Assembly (NCBI GenBank): GCA_963724765.1
Contig: CAVRVY010000004.1
Coordinates: 256,001 to 320,000, forward strand
Direction of reading: 5' to 3'
Origin: an uncultured delta proteobacterium
GTDB lineage: Bacteria; Desulfobacterota; Binatia; Binatales; Binataceae
DNA length: 64,000 nt
In this document: one piece after another, positions 1 to 10,858 of the stretch
Position numbering within the stretch: position 1 is the stretch's first letter
Layout: every line of letters starts with the position of its first letter
Notes under the pieces: model-generated
The model's database searches: none
What the model was told of the DNA's origin: nothing
What the model saw: the letters and a program-made list of their open reading frames with translations, nothing else
Program-made: the position numbers and the translations under genes

Positions 1-762
1 TTGGCGCTTACGACGATGGAACGCGAGGGCTTCGAGATCTCGCTGCTGTTCGCCGAGCGGCTGGATTTCTATGCGCGTTTCGGATGGCACCCGGTGACGC
101 GCCAGTTCAGCGCACTCGCCGACACCCAGACCATGCGCACCGCCGCAGGCTTGCGGCTCGCGCGCTTCGAGGAGACGCGCGACCTCCCACAAGTCGTCGC
201 GCTCCATCGCGGCTATAGCGGCCGTTTCGATGGCGCCGCGGTCCGCGACTCGGCCGGATGGCGCGGCAATCTCCGCTACGCGGGAAATCCCGATGAATAC
301 TTCATCGTATGCCGCCGCGACGCCGGCGACGGGCTCGCAGCTTATGTGCGCGCGATGCTGTTCCACGGTTTCCCGATGGTGATGGAGTACGGCTACGCGC
401 CGGAGGCGACGGACGCGATGCTCGCACTGGTGCGGCATATTGGTGAGACGGCCTCGGGCGCTACGCCGTCGATCCCGCTGGAGGGCGGAAGCGGCGATGC
501 GGCGACGCTACGCAATCCTGCGGACCCTCCCGGCCCGGCGCTGCTGGTGACCCATAGCGCTCACGACCTGGGGTTGGAGGAAAGCTTGCGCGCAGCCGGC
601 GTCTTCGTGATGCATCATGCGGATAATTTCTTCATGTGGCGCGTAATCGCGCCGCACCTGCTCGGGCAACGCCTCGGGGTCGCGCCCGAGCACGCCGAAG
701 CAGCCCTGTTCGCGATGCTCCAGGCGCCAGACGCGCTATATTGGACCGCGGATCGGTTTTGA
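1..762 (+). CDS. GNAT/Eis-like acetyltransferase (5' truncated by window edge)
   Basis: SLLFAERLDFYARFGW resembles the GNAT 'FY.rfGw' motif; frame is open from position 1. Confidence 0.65.
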   Translation: MALTTMEREGFEISLLFAERLDFYARFGWHPVTRQFSALADTQTMRTAAGLRLARFEETRDLPQVVALHRGYSGRFDGAAVRDSAGWRGNLRYAGNPDEYFIVCRRDAGDGLAAYVRAMLFHGFPMVMEYGYAPEATDAMLALVRHIGETASGATPSIPLEGGSGDAATLRNPADPPGPALLVTHSAHDLGLEESLRAAGVFVMHHADNFFMWRVIAPHLLGQRLGVAPEHAEAALFAMLQAPDALYWTADRF

Positions 763-812
763 TCTGTAACGCGCGCGGCAGCGCGGCTGGGGTGGTTTTG
801 GAGGTTGCGGTT

Positions 813-2069
813 ATGCGCTCGTCCCACTTTTGTTCAGTTCCTTGCTCTCGCGTCGTTCACGGCCGTGGACTCGCATCCGCGACGCCCGCGCTGGCCCTCA
901 TGGTCACGCTGCTGACAATGATGCTTACGATGATGGCGCCGGGTGCCGCGCTCGCGCGCCAGCGCCGATCGAATCCCGCTGCGGCCGCCAAGTCCGCGCA
1001 GCCGGATAAGCTCACTGAACCATACGCCGCCGCGCTCCTGATGGAGCCTGAGACCGGAACCGTGATGTTCGAGAATAACCCGCACAAGCCATGGCCCACC
1101 GCGTCGTTGGCCAAGATGATGATTGCGATGATCGTCGCCGAGAAGCTCGCCGACGGCAGTCTCAAACTTAGCGACAGGGTCACGGCCTCGCGCAAGGCGG
1201 CCGAGATGGGCGGCTCGCAAGTCTACCTCAAGGAGGGCGAGACGTTTTCGCTCGACGACATGATGAAGGCGATCATGGTGCACTCGGCCAACGACGCCTC
1301 GGTCGCGGTGGCCGAGTACGTGGGCGGCTCGACCGAAGCCTTCGTGCAGATGATGAACCGCGAGGCCGCCCGGCTCGGCATGAAAGATACGCATTACTAC
1401 TCGGTCCACGGCCTGCCGCCAGCGCCCGGCCAGCAGGCTGACGTTTCGAGCGCGTGGGACGAGGCCGTGCTGGCGCGCGCGCTGATCCAGTATCCGCAAG
1501 TCTTGCAATGGGCGTCGATTGATACCGCGCCGTTTCGAGGAGGCGCCTTCACCCTGCGCAACACCAATCACCTGGTGCGCACCTTTCCCGGATGCGACGG
1601 GCTCAAGACCGGCTTCTACTACGAGGCCGGCTTCAACGTGGTGGCGACCGCGCATCGGGACGGGATGCGTCTGATTGCCGTGGTGCTGGGCTCGCCCAGG
1701 AAGGGCGGGAACTTCAACTCGGGCGCCGAGCTTCTGGCCCAGGGCTTCGCGAACTACCAGATACGCGTCGTCGGCAAGCAGGGTGCGCCGATCGAGCAGG
1801 CGCTCGTGGTCAGCGATGGTTCTCTCGCGAGTTTAAGACCCGTATGGGCCAGGAACCTGAGCGTCCTGCAGAAACGCGGCGATGAAGCCGCGCTCAAGGT
1901 CGAATTTCAGCTTCCGGCCTCGCTCGCCGCGCCGATTCGCGTCGGACAGCAGGTCGGCGTCGGCGAGGCGACCTCGGGCGGCAAAGTGCTGGCCAGCGCT
2001 CCGCTGATCGCACCAGCGGCGATCGGCCCGCAGCAATCCCTGATGCAACGCCTGCGGAGCGCGCTCTGA
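813..2069 (+). CDS. D-alanyl-D-alanine carboxypeptidase (peptidase S11, PBP5/DacA-like)
   Basis: SxxK (ASLAK), SxN (HSAND) and KTG motifs; signal-like hydrophobic N-region; GGAGG 8 nt before ATG 813. Confidence 0.9.
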   Translation: MRSSHFCSVPCSRVVHGRGLASATPALALMVTLLTMMLTMMAPGAALARQRRSNPAAAAKSAQPDKLTEPYAAALLMEPETGTVMFENNPHKPWPTASLAKMMIAMIVAEKLADGSLKLSDRVTASRKAAEMGGSQVYLKEGETFSLDDMMKAIMVHSANDASVAVAEYVGGSTEAFVQMMNREAARLGMKDTHYYSVHGLPPAPGQQADVSSAWDEAVLARALIQYPQVLQWASIDTAPFRGGAFTLRNTNHLVRTFPGCDGLKTGFYYEAGFNVVATAHRDGMRLIAVVLGSPRKGGNFNSGAELLAQGFANYQIRVVGKQGAPIEQALVVSDGSLASLRPVWARNLSVLQKRGDEAALKVEFQLPASLAAPIRVGQQVGVGEATSGGKVLASAPLIAPAAIGPQQSLMQRLRSAL

Positions 2070-2175
2070 GACCGGCGTCAACTCGGATCGAAAACATCCG
2101 GACGCCAAAGCTCTCGCGCAAATCTGATCAGGTCAACTTTCCTGGCGGGTGCAAGCTCGCTCCGCGGCCTATAAC

Positions 2176-2655
2176 TTAGCCCTTGAAGCCATCAACGAAC
2201 TGCTTCCTGACCCAACCGTCCTCGTACGGCGTAAGAAACAGTATCTTCACTCTCAGATGCTTGAACAGCCAGTTCCCGCCGATCCTGACATACTCATCGT
2301 TATAAACTCCCGCCAGCCACACCGCCTTACCGTCCACGGTGCACGGCTGGAGCAACTTCCACTCGGCCGTAGCTTTGTCTCCCTGCACGTTGATGATCGG
2401 GTTCATGACGTTATGGATCGCGAACTTGAAGGATTTCGAGGCGCCTTTAAAAAACTTCCGAATCGCCTCGCGCCCTTCGAATTTACCGATGCCGTTGCCC
2501 TCCCAGATCGCGTCTTCGGTATATAGAGCGGCGATTCCGTCGGCATCATAGTTGTCATCGCAATAGTGACAGTATTGATGCTTCAGTCTTTTGATGGCCT
2601 CGACATCTTCGAGCGATTGAATCCGCTTCTCGAGATCCCTGGGGTCCATTTCCAT
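2176..2655 (-). CDS. NTF2/SnoaL-like protein (LinA/BaiE-like)
   Basis: LED.EAIKRLK..YC...D, 'GREAIR.FF', and Y.DEY.R..G.W patterns; AGGAGG RBS. Confidence 0.8.
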   Translation of the reverse strand: MEMDPRDLEKRIQSLEDVEAIKRLKHQYCHYCDDNYDADGIAALYTEDAIWEGNGIGKFEGREAIRKFFKGASKSFKFAIHNVMNPIINVQGDKATAEWKLLQPCTVDGKAVWLAGVYNDEYVRIGGNWLFKHLRVKILFLTPYEDGWVRKQFVDGFKG

Positions 2656-2784
2656 CCCTCCTGCATCTTGGCAGCCATTGTGCGATCGACTTCGCCCGCA
2701 GGCAAGGACAATCAGTAGTCGCCCGGCGCGCGCTGAGGGCGCGCACGGCTTGGCCTGAGCCGGTCAGGAGCGGACACTTAATCG

Positions 2785-3699
2785 ATGCCACCAAAGAAGC
2801 TCGCAATCGCCGGCGCAATCGCGCTCGCCGTTTTCATCCTCATAAATCTCGGACTTCACTTTGGCCAGAAGCGTCACGACCGGTTGGACTACTCCGTCAG
2901 CCAGGCCTTCCCACCCGACAAGCCGTTCGTGCCCGGCGAGATCTATGCCACCACGCTCGCCGCGATCATGGAAAACGAGCTCAACGGCTTCTTTGGATGG
3001 CGTCCGAACGATTTCCCGCTGTGGGGCATGCACGTGATGGCCGACAACAACGCCAACCGCCAGCTCGGCATCATCATGGCGGTGCGCGAGACCACGCGCG
3101 TCTTCAAAGACCATCTGACCAAGGTGTCGTCGAACGAATACGACCCGAACCTGGTGATTGCGGATACCGATTTCCGCAACGATGCGCAGAAGTGGATATT
3201 ACCGTCGGCGGAGTCGAAGTATCGCGACGGCGTGCGCCATCTGCACCTTTATGTAGCCGGCCTCCACGCCAATCCCGAGACCTCGCGCGAACTCAACCAG
3301 CGCAACGTCGAACTTGTCCGCCTCCTCCAGGCATGGAGCGACATGCTTGGCGACGCGCACGCCAATCTCTATCGCACCCGCAAGGACAACGGCAGCGCGG
3401 TCCACAGTTGGGACGTCGATGACTACTTCTACCACGCCCAAGGCTACGCGCACGTGATGTTTTACATGATGCAGGCCGTCAAGCGCGAGTATCACCAGTC
3501 GCTCACCACCAAGCCGGTGCTGGCGCAACTGTTCGACGAAACGATCGATGCGCTCGGTAATGCGGCGACGCTCAAGCCGCTGATCGTGCTCGACGGTTCA
3601 CCCCAGGGGATTTTTGCCAATCATCGCCGCGACCTCGATACCTACATTTCCGAGGCGCGCCAGAAAATGTATTCGCTCCGCGAAGAGCTCGAGCGCTAG
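2785..3699 (+). CDS. DUF2333-like exported/membrane-anchored protein
   Basis: N-terminal TM segment; GWRPND, DN..N.QLG, W.LPSAES.Y, DD.FY.AQG and FANH motifs. Confidence 0.7.
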   Translation: MPPKKLAIAGAIALAVFILINLGLHFGQKRHDRLDYSVSQAFPPDKPFVPGEIYATTLAAIMENELNGFFGWRPNDFPLWGMHVMADNNANRQLGIIMAVRETTRVFKDHLTKVSSNEYDPNLVIADTDFRNDAQKWILPSAESKYRDGVRHLHLYVAGLHANPETSRELNQRNVELVRLLQAWSDMLGDAHANLYRTRKDNGSAVHSWDVDDYFYHAQGYAHVMFYMMQAVKREYHQSLTTKPVLAQLFDETIDALGNAATLKPLIVLDGSPQGIFANHRRDLDTYISEARQKMYSLREELER

Positions 3700-3757
3700 G
3701 CTGCACCACCTCGCGCCTGCGTGTCTGATTACTGATCGGCTCGAGGCGGGTGATGAA

Positions 3758-5560
3758 TCAGAAGAACGGACAGAGCAGCAGCGCGCCGCCCCGCACCAGC
3801 AGACCCAGCGTCGCTGGCGCCCATCGCCGCGGCACGCCAATCGTCTCCGCCACCAGCCCGACGCTCCACGGCACGCGCGCCGAGGCGCTCATCGCACGGA
3901 TGCCCGCCAGGATTCCCGGCGCCGGATAGAGCACCAGCTCATGACGCTCGCCGTTTTTGATTCCGGCTCGCGTGCGCGCGATTTCGATAGCCTTGTCGAG
4001 CCCGCCGAGTTCGTCGACGAGTCCGCCTCGCTTGGCGGCGACGCCGCTCCATACCCGCCCGCGCGCCATCGCCTCGGTCTGTGCGGGATCAAGCCCGCGG
4101 CCCTGAGCGACCTTGGCGGTGAAGTTGGCGTACAGTTCGCCGATGGCGCCGTTGAGTTGGCCGAGTTCGGAGGCGCTGAGCGCGCGTGATACCGAGAGTG
4201 CGTCGCTTATCTCTTCGCTCTTGACGAATTCGATTCCCACGCCCATCGCCGCCAGCGCCTTGCCGGCGTTGAAGCGCGCGTAGACGACGCCGATCGACCC
4301 GGTGATCGTGGCCGGGCCGGAGACGATCTTATCCGCGCCCATCGCGACGTAATAGCCGCCCGAGCCGGCCACGTCACCCATCGAGACCACCACTGGTTTG
4401 CCGCGCTGGCGCGCTTCGCCCAGCGCGCGCCACACCAGATCCGAACCGAGCGCCGAGCCGCCCGGTGAATTGACCCGGAAGACGATCGCGCGGACGCTCT
4501 TGTCGCTGGCGGCGCGCCGGAATTGAGCGGCGACTGCCTCGCCGCTCAGAAAATCGCCGGCCGCGGGCGGCTCTCCGGCGACCACCGGCCCCACGCCATG
4601 AATCAGCGCGAGCCGCGGGTCGCGGCCGGGCCGCCGGGCATAGGCGAGACGGCGCAGGTAACGGTTGAGCCCGACGAAAACGCGATCCTCGTACTTGGGG
4701 TCGAACTCGGCGCGCAAATCTTCGATATAGCCAGCGTGATCGATGAGGCGAGCCTCGGTCGCCGCGCGCAGGCTCAGGAAGCCGCTGCCCGCAAGCTCGG
4801 CGGCGCGTTCGGGTGCGAGACCGCGGGCCTCGGCAATTCGCGCCGCCAGCAGTTGCTTGCTGTCGGCGACGATCGCTTCGAGGCTCTCGTGCAACTCGGG
4901 TGACATGCGCTCGCGCGCAAAGGTCTCGGCCGCGCCCTTGTACTCCTTCCATTGCAGCGTCTGCGCCTCGAGCTTCAGCTTGTCCAGTGCGCCGCGTAAA
5001 AAGACCCCGCCCGCGGCGACGCCCAGCATCGTCACGAGCGTGTTGGGATTGGCCACGATTTCGCTCGCGCCGCAGGCGACGAGATACTCGCGGACGCCGG
5101 CGCTGTCGCCCTCCAACAGCGCGATCGTGCGTTTGCCGGCGCGGCCGAGCGCGCGCAACAGCGCATGCAGCTCATCGGCGGTCGCGAGGCCGGTTTCCAG
5201 TCCGGCAATCCTGACGATCACGGCGCTCAGCCGCGGGTCGCGAGCGGCGCTCTCGAAAACCTGGCGCAAATCGAGCAGTGTGGGACCGCCGCGGCCGCGC
5301 AAGTGGTCCAGCGGCGAGCGCGGCGCGCTCTCACGTATCGCACCCGCCAGCTTGATGGTCAGCACGGAGCCACGCGGAATCAGCGCCGGCCGCAGGACCA
5401 TCAAATAGAAGGCGGCTGCGATCGCGGCAGCCACGAGGCAGAGCCCGATTCCGGCCTCCCACAGGCCATAATGGATGGCGAGCGCGCCAACACTGGCCAC
5501 CAGCGCAACCAGTATCGCGATTCTGACCTCGCGTCGCAGTGAACCAATCGCTATCCTCAT
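3758..5560 (-). CDS. sppA: Signal peptide peptidase SppA (S49, long form)
   Basis: YKGAAE Lys; RVNSPGGS; VVVSMGDVAGSGGYY Ser; TITGSIGV; GRVWSG..A...GLVDELGG. Confidence 0.9.
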   Translation of the reverse strand: MRIAIGSLRREVRIAILVALVASVGALAIHYGLWEAGIGLCLVAAAIAAAFYLMVLRPALIPRGSVLTIKLAGAIRESAPRSPLDHLRGRGGPTLLDLRQVFESAARDPRLSAVIVRIAGLETGLATADELHALLRALGRAGKRTIALLEGDSAGVREYLVACGASEIVANPNTLVTMLGVAAGGVFLRGALDKLKLEAQTLQWKEYKGAAETFARERMSPELHESLEAIVADSKQLLAARIAEARGLAPERAAELAGSGFLSLRAATEARLIDHAGYIEDLRAEFDPKYEDRVFVGLNRYLRRLAYARRPGRDPRLALIHGVGPVVAGEPPAAGDFLSGEAVAAQFRRAASDKSVRAIVFRVNSPGGSALGSDLVWRALGEARQRGKPVVVSMGDVAGSGGYYVAMGADKIVSGPATITGSIGVVYARFNAGKALAAMGVGIEFVKSEEISDALSVSRALSASELGQLNGAIGELYANFTAKVAQGRGLDPAQTEAMARGRVWSGVAAKRGGLVDELGGLDKAIEIARTRAGIKNGERHELVLYPAPGILAGIRAMSASARVPWSVGLVAETIGVPRRWAPATLGLLVRGGALLLCPFF

Positions 5561-5612
5561 CTTCGGCTCCTTCGGACTTGGCCCGGGCGTACTTCTAAAC
5601 TAGCCTTTTTCC

Positions 5613-6944
5613 ATGCAGCGATCCCTTCTATCCATCAATCTGTTTATCGGCCTGCTCATTATCGGAGCGCTCAGCTTGAGCGTCGCTTCGTGTTCGTTGT
5701 TCGGGCATGCGCAAAAACCCCCTCCGCCGGTCACGCAGCACACGGCGACCATGGATCTGACGCCCGGCATCACCGTCAACGCGCTGGTCTCGACGCCGCC
5801 CGGTTTCACGCCGATTGTCAATCAGCCGCCGCTGTGGTTGCAGGACGCAAAGGAGTTGGCACTGGCCGGGACGCTTAATGGACGCACGGAGGTGCTCGGT
5901 TTCAGCGGCGCGGGTTTCAAGAAGGTGCGCCTGGTCGCGGCCGACGGTGGACCCGGCGCGCAGAACGGAGCAATCGTCGGCCTCGCCGCGAGTCCGGACG
6001 GGCTGACGCTGGCGGTGGCCGAGGCCGAGCCTGGAAAGATCGAAATCGTGCTGCGCTACGTCATCAGCAACGCCGGACAAAATTCGGTCGCGACCTTCGA
6101 CGGCAACTTCCATGCAGTGAGTATGACCTGGCTCGCGACCAACACACTGGCCGTGGGCCTGGCGGGCGACCCCACTGCTTCTCCGCCCGCGGCTGGTGGG
6201 CTGTACCTGATTCATGTCCTCGGCGCGGTGACCGTCGAGCAGGTCAAATTCACGTGCCCGCCCTCGATGCTGGTTTTCAGCCCCGACGCGCGTTTTGCGG
6301 TCGGCGAAGGCGACGACCATACACCGCCGTCGCTGTTCGACAGCCGTAATGGGACTTGCCGGCAGGTCAGTACCGACGGGCCGATCAGAGTACTTGGCTG
6401 GGCTTCGGGAAACGCCGGCTTTCTGTTTTCGACCGCTGCCGGACGCGGGCATGGCGCGGGGGTTTTCCGCTACAGCATCGCTCGCGGAACGACCGAGCTT
6501 GTCGCGGTCTCCTCCAGCGCCGCCGCATACATCGGCGAGGGTATAGTGATGGCGCTCGGCAACCGCGACCTGAATCCCCAGACCGCCGCGTCGTCGCCCG
6601 ACAAGCGCGTAACCGCGGAGCTCGCGAGCCTCGTGCCCAAGCAGGGCAAGACTGTGATCGATACGCTCGGCAGACCAACCACGCCGGCAATGCTGATGGC
6701 GAGCACGATGAGCTACACGCATGGCTTCGCCGAGCTGGCGCTTCAATTGTTCGTGGCCGCGCCGGGCGGCCCAATGCGCGAAATCCTGACCTTCTCGATC
6801 ATCGACCGCAAGGCATTCGTGCTCGCGAGCGGGCCGGCGCGCGGCGTTGCGGTGATCGGATGGGCGCCCAGCACCAACCATCTGGTGATCTTTGACGGCG
6901 ACGGTGTTACCGGCGCAGTGGCGCTGATCACGCCGGCGCGCTAA
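5613..6944 (+). CDS. Hypothetical lipoprotein, probable beta-propeller
   Basis: Lipobox-like VASC after a hydrophobic stretch; SPDG/FSPD/W-turn repeats; high-GC codon usage. Confidence 0.55.
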   Translation: MQRSLLSINLFIGLLIIGALSLSVASCSLFGHAQKPPPPVTQHTATMDLTPGITVNALVSTPPGFTPIVNQPPLWLQDAKELALAGTLNGRTEVLGFSGAGFKKVRLVAADGGPGAQNGAIVGLAASPDGLTLAVAEAEPGKIEIVLRYVISNAGQNSVATFDGNFHAVSMTWLATNTLAVGLAGDPTASPPAAGGLYLIHVLGAVTVEQVKFTCPPSMLVFSPDARFAVGEGDDHTPPSLFDSRNGTCRQVSTDGPIRVLGWASGNAGFLFSTAAGRGHGAGVFRYSIARGTTELVAVSSSAAAYIGEGIVMALGNRDLNPQTAASSPDKRVTAELASLVPKQGKTVIDTLGRPTTPAMLMASTMSYTHGFAELALQLFVAAPGGPMREILTFSIIDRKAFVLASGPARGVAVIGWAPSTNHLVIFDGDGVTGAVALITPAR

Positions 6945-7049
6945 CGCGCCGATGACCGTATTTCGCGAATGACCCTGCGTCGGCGCGCCAGCACTCAGCA
7001 CCGGCGATGTTCTGTCATTGAACCGATACCGCGTGGCGGTGAAGATCGA

Positions 7050-9215
7050 TCACGAATCGCGTCTGCCCTGCCAGTACCCAGCGGCGGCGGCGAAGGCGGC
7101 GGCCGCGCGCTCGAAGCTGTCGAACACCACCAGGCCGCGGCCCCGCGCCAGCTCCTTGGCGCGCGCGACGATCACCTCGACGTGGGCCGGATGCAGAATC
7201 GCGGCAAAGGGTTTGTGCGAGCGACCGTTGAACTCGGCGAGCTGGTCGAGCAGGCTGGTCAGCTCGTCCTCGTGGGTGGACCATCGTGCGGCGCGCAGTC
7301 CCGTGCCGATCTCCAGCACGATCGCATCGATAGCCGGGTCGCGCTCGAGGATGTCCAGGATGCGGTCGAGGTTGCCCTGGTCGTGGCCCATCCCGATCGT
7401 TCCGCCGGCGTCGAGCGGATTGCGATAGCTGCCGCCGATGATGTTGAAGAAGTTTTTCAACTCCGCGTACGACGCCGCTGAAAGCGCCGGCACTTCGAGC
7501 CCCGCCGCAGCGAAGGTGTCGGTTATCACCACCGATTGACCGCCGGTCATCGCGACCAAACCCATCCCGCGGCCCCCGACCCGGCGTCCGCGCGCCAGCA
7601 GTTCCATCGCGTCGAGCATCGCGTCGAGGCTCGCGACCGAGACCGCCCCGCTCTGCACTATCAGGGCGCGCCAGACCGCGGCCGCGGTTGCGAGCGAGCC
7701 GGTATGCGAGAACGTCGCACGCGCCCCGGCCTCGGTCATTCCGCCCTTCCACACCACCACCGGATGGCGCGCGGCGGCGCTCTTCAGACTCGCAAAAAAA
7801 CGCCGGCCGTCGCGCACGCCCTCCAGGTACATCCCGATCGCGCGCGTGGCGGGATCGTCAGACATCAGGTCGAGGTAGTCCGCCGCCTCCAGCATCAGCA
7901 CGTTGCCGATCGAGGCGGCCTTGTTGATGCGGATACCGCGGATTGGTGCCTGCAAGCAGAAGTTGATGCTGTGGGTGCCGCTTTGCGAGATGAAGCAGAC
8001 GTCGCCGCCGCCGCCGACCGGCAGATCGGGGAAGTTGGACAAACCGATCGACGGGTTGTACAGACCCATGCAGTTGGGACCGACCAGCGCGATGTCCGAT
8101 TCGGCGGCGGTCGCACGCAGTTCGCGCTCCAGCTTCAGGCCCAATTCTTCGCCGGTCTCGGAGAAGCCCGAGGTGAAGAAGCCGACGCCCTTGACGCCGG
8201 CGGCGACACAGTCCCTGAGGATGCGTGGCGCGATCTGGCGCGGCACGGCGCTGATGGCGTAGTCGACCGGCTCGGGCACCTCGGCCAGGCTCCTGCAATT
8301 GGTTACGCCCATCGCCTCGATGCCCGGGATTTCGTTGGGGTCGATTTGCACTGAGTAGAGCTTGCGCGCGAACCGGGACATTGCGCGCAGCCACAGGTAA
8401 CCGCCCATCCGTTTGTCGCCGATGACCGCGACCGCGCGCGCGTTGAAGGCCCGGGCGAGGTTGCCGATGCGTTGCGCCTGGTGTGAATCGGCGGCCGGCG
8501 CGGGCTTGGCGGCAATCGGATCGAGCAGGATGCGCGCGTCGAGCACGCGCAGTCCCCTGGAGTAGGCGACCACCGGGTTGAGGTCCATCTCGCGCACCTC
8601 GGCGTGATCCGCCGCGAGCCTCGATATTTTCGCGATCAGGCTGGCGATCGCGTCAAGGTCGATCGGCGCGCTTCCACCAGCGCCAAAGATCAGCGCCGCG
8701 CCACGCAACTCACCGAGCATCGCGCGCGCGCCGGCAGCGCTAACCGGCGCGATTCTGAGCGCCGTGTCCTTAAAAATCTCGACCAGCGTGCCGCCCATTC
8801 CCACCACCACCAGCGCACCAAAGCGATCGTCGCGCGTCACCCCGACAATCAGCTCGAGCCCCGGCGCCGCCATCGCCTCCACCGCGACCCCGTCGAAGCG
8901 CGCGCCGGGACGGCTGGCGGCAAGGCTCTGGCGGATGCGCTCGAACGCGGCCTTGACCTCGGCGGGCGAGCCCAGGCCGAGTTCCACGCCGCCGACTTCA
9001 CTCTTATGCACCGCCTGCGGCGAGAGCACTTTGAGCGCGGCCGGGAAGCCCCCACGCGCGGCGAGTTCGGCAGCTTCCTCGGCACTCTGCGCGAGATGCG
9101 CGGTAGCGACCGGGATTCCGATCGCGTCTAGGATCTGCTTGGATTCGATTTCCGAAAGCTCCGTGCGGCCGGCGCCGATCGCGTTTGCGAGCATTGTATC
9201 GATAGTGGCGTCCAC
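7050..9215 (-). CDS. Acyl/acetate-CoA ligase (ADP-forming) family, ATP-grasp N-terminal fusion
   Basis: HKSEVGGV, DLNP (ATP-grasp); GPNCMG, SQSG, YLEG, SHTGSLA catalytic His, NPLD. Confidence 0.85.
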   Translation of the reverse strand: MDATIDTMLANAIGAGRTELSEIESKQILDAIGIPVATAHLAQSAEEAAELAARGGFPAALKVLSPQAVHKSEVGGVELGLGSPAEVKAAFERIRQSLAASRPGARFDGVAVEAMAAPGLELIVGVTRDDRFGALVVVGMGGTLVEIFKDTALRIAPVSAAGARAMLGELRGAALIFGAGGSAPIDLDAIASLIAKISRLAADHAEVREMDLNPVVAYSRGLRVLDARILLDPIAAKPAPAADSHQAQRIGNLARAFNARAVAVIGDKRMGGYLWLRAMSRFARKLYSVQIDPNEIPGIEAMGVTNCRSLAEVPEPVDYAISAVPRQIAPRILRDCVAAGVKGVGFFTSGFSETGEELGLKLERELRATAAESDIALVGPNCMGLYNPSIGLSNFPDLPVGGGGDVCFISQSGTHSINFCLQAPIRGIRINKAASIGNVLMLEAADYLDLMSDDPATRAIGMYLEGVRDGRRFFASLKSAAARHPVVVWKGGMTEAGARATFSHTGSLATAAAVWRALIVQSGAVSVASLDAMLDAMELLARGRRVGGRGMGLVAMTGGQSVVITDTFAAAGLEVPALSAASYAELKNFFNIIGGSYRNPLDAGGTIGMGHDQGNLDRILDILERDPAIDAIVLEIGTGLRAARWSTHEDELTSLLDQLAEFNGRSHKPFAAILHPAHVEVIVARAKELARGRGLVVFDSFERAAAAFAAAAGYWQGRRDS

Positions 9216-9323
9216 ACGAGGCCTATAGCAAAGGCGCCCGACAATTTGAAACGTGCCCGCGATTTGAAACGCGGCCGCGCGACAGCGAAGATACGATTAA
9301 GATGCGATGAGCGCGGCAACCCA

Positions 9324-10379
9324 ATGAAGCGTCGGAGCGAACAGGTCAAAGATCACGGCACCGGCGGAGGCGACCTGCGAGTGTTCGTCACTCGACCCGT
9401 CGCAGAGCCCGCGCTACGCCGCCTGGCGGCAATTGCGCGGGTGGATCTGTGGGACGATGAGATGCCGCCGCCGCCGGCTGAGTTGCGTGCGCGCGCGCGC
9501 CAGGCAGACGGCGTGCTCAGCATGGTGACCGATCGTTTCGACGCGGCCATGATCCGCGCTTTGCCGCGGCTTCGTGCGATCAGCAACCTGGCGGTCGGCG
9601 TCGACAACATCGACCTCACCGCGGCCACCCGCGCCGGTATCGCGATCGGCCACACGCCGGGCATCCTGACCGAAACCACTGCCGACCTCGCCTTTGCGCT
9701 GCTGATGGCGGCTGGTCGGCGAATCGCCGAGGGCGACCGTTACGTGCGCGGGGGCCGATGGCGAACGTGGGGGCCGAAAGTCATGCTGGGGCGCGACATT
9801 CACGGCGCCACGCTGGGGATAATCGGATGGGGCGCGATTGGGCAGGCGATGGCGCGGCGCGCGGCCGGCTTTGGGATGCGCGTGCTCTATTTGTCCGGGC
9901 GGCATGCGGGGCGCTCAGCGCGAGGCCGGCGTTCGAGCGCATCCGCCGGCGCCGGGCCTTCGACAGCAGAGCCGATGAGCCTCGAGCGGTTGCTGGCGGA
10001 ATCGGATTTCGTCTCGTTGCACGTGCCGCTGATGGCAGCGACTCGTCACATGATCGGCGCCGCCGAACTCGCGCTGATGAAGCGCACCGCCATCCTCATC
10101 AACACCGCACGCGGCGCGATCGTCGACTCGCAAGCGCTGATCGGCGCGCTTCGTGCCGGCCGCCTGGCCGGCGCCGGGCTCGACGTAACCGATCCCGAGC
10201 CGATCGGCGCAGACGATCCGCTTCTCAAGCTACCCAACGTCGTCATCACGCCGCACATCGGCAGCGCGAGTCATACGACGCGGCTCAAGATGGCCGAACT
10301 CGCGGTGGATAATCTGATCGACGTATTTGAAGGACGGCGGCCACGGCATTGCGCCAACCCGACGGTGCGAACGCGTTGA
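9324..10379 (+). CDS. D-2-hydroxyacid dehydrogenase (glyoxylate reductase/D-glycerate dehydrogenase)
   Basis: VGVDNID, GIIGWGAIG, INTARG, LDV..PEP, TPHIGS; start codon uncertain. Confidence 0.9.
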   Translation: MKRRSEQVKDHGTGGGDLRVFVTRPVAEPALRRLAAIARVDLWDDEMPPPPAELRARARQADGVLSMVTDRFDAAMIRALPRLRAISNLAVGVDNIDLTAATRAGIAIGHTPGILTETTADLAFALLMAAGRRIAEGDRYVRGGRWRTWGPKVMLGRDIHGATLGIIGWGAIGQAMARRAAGFGMRVLYLSGRHAGRSARGRRSSASAGAGPSTAEPMSLERLLAESDFVSLHVPLMAATRHMIGAAELALMKRTAILINTARGAIVDSQALIGALRAGRLAGAGLDVTDPEPIGADDPLLKLPNVVITPHIGSASHTTRLKMAELAVDNLIDVFEGRRPRHCANPTVRTR

Positions 10380-10423
10380 TGCTACGCCGGCGTTGCTACT
10401 TGATCAGAACTCGCACTGCTCTC

Positions 10424-10858
10424 CTACTGGGAAACGAGCATCCGCGCGGTCGCGGTCAGGGGCAGGGTCCTGGACGGCAGAAAAGGTATTCGCAGACTGT
10501 AATTCAGGGAGACGGTGCATTGCGCATCGTCGGAGGAGGGCAGATTGGGATCGGCCGGCCAGGTTACCGCGACATCACCGGGTAATAGCTGGTTTGGCGC
10601 CGACAGATCAGCATAAGCAACCGTGATGCCCTTGATCTGCGAGGTGGTCGCGGGGCTCGGGCCAGTCGGCGAATGTACGATCGCATAGCGCACGCATTCG
10701 CGGGCGGCATGGCTGATGGTGTTGTACGAATACACCACCATCGCCAATTCGATGGTCGCGAACGTCAGCAGGAGAAAGATCGTGCTGCCTAAGGCGAACT
10801 CCATCGCCGTCGTGCCTGAAGAATGCTTCGCCAGCGCAGAGCTGAACGGTCGCTTCAC
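10424..10858 (-). CDS. TadE/TadF-like pseudopilin (cassette copy 1)
   Basis: Prepilin motif G/TTAME-F followed by a hydrophobic helix and AARE..RYA. Confidence 0.8.
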   Translation of the reverse strand: MKRPFSSALAKHSSGTTAMEFALGSTIFLLLTFATIELAMVVYSYNTISHAARECVRYAIVHSPTGPSPATTSQIKGITVAYADLSAPNQLLPGDVAVTWPADPNLPSSDDAQCTVSLNYSLRIPFLPSRTLPLTATARMLVSQ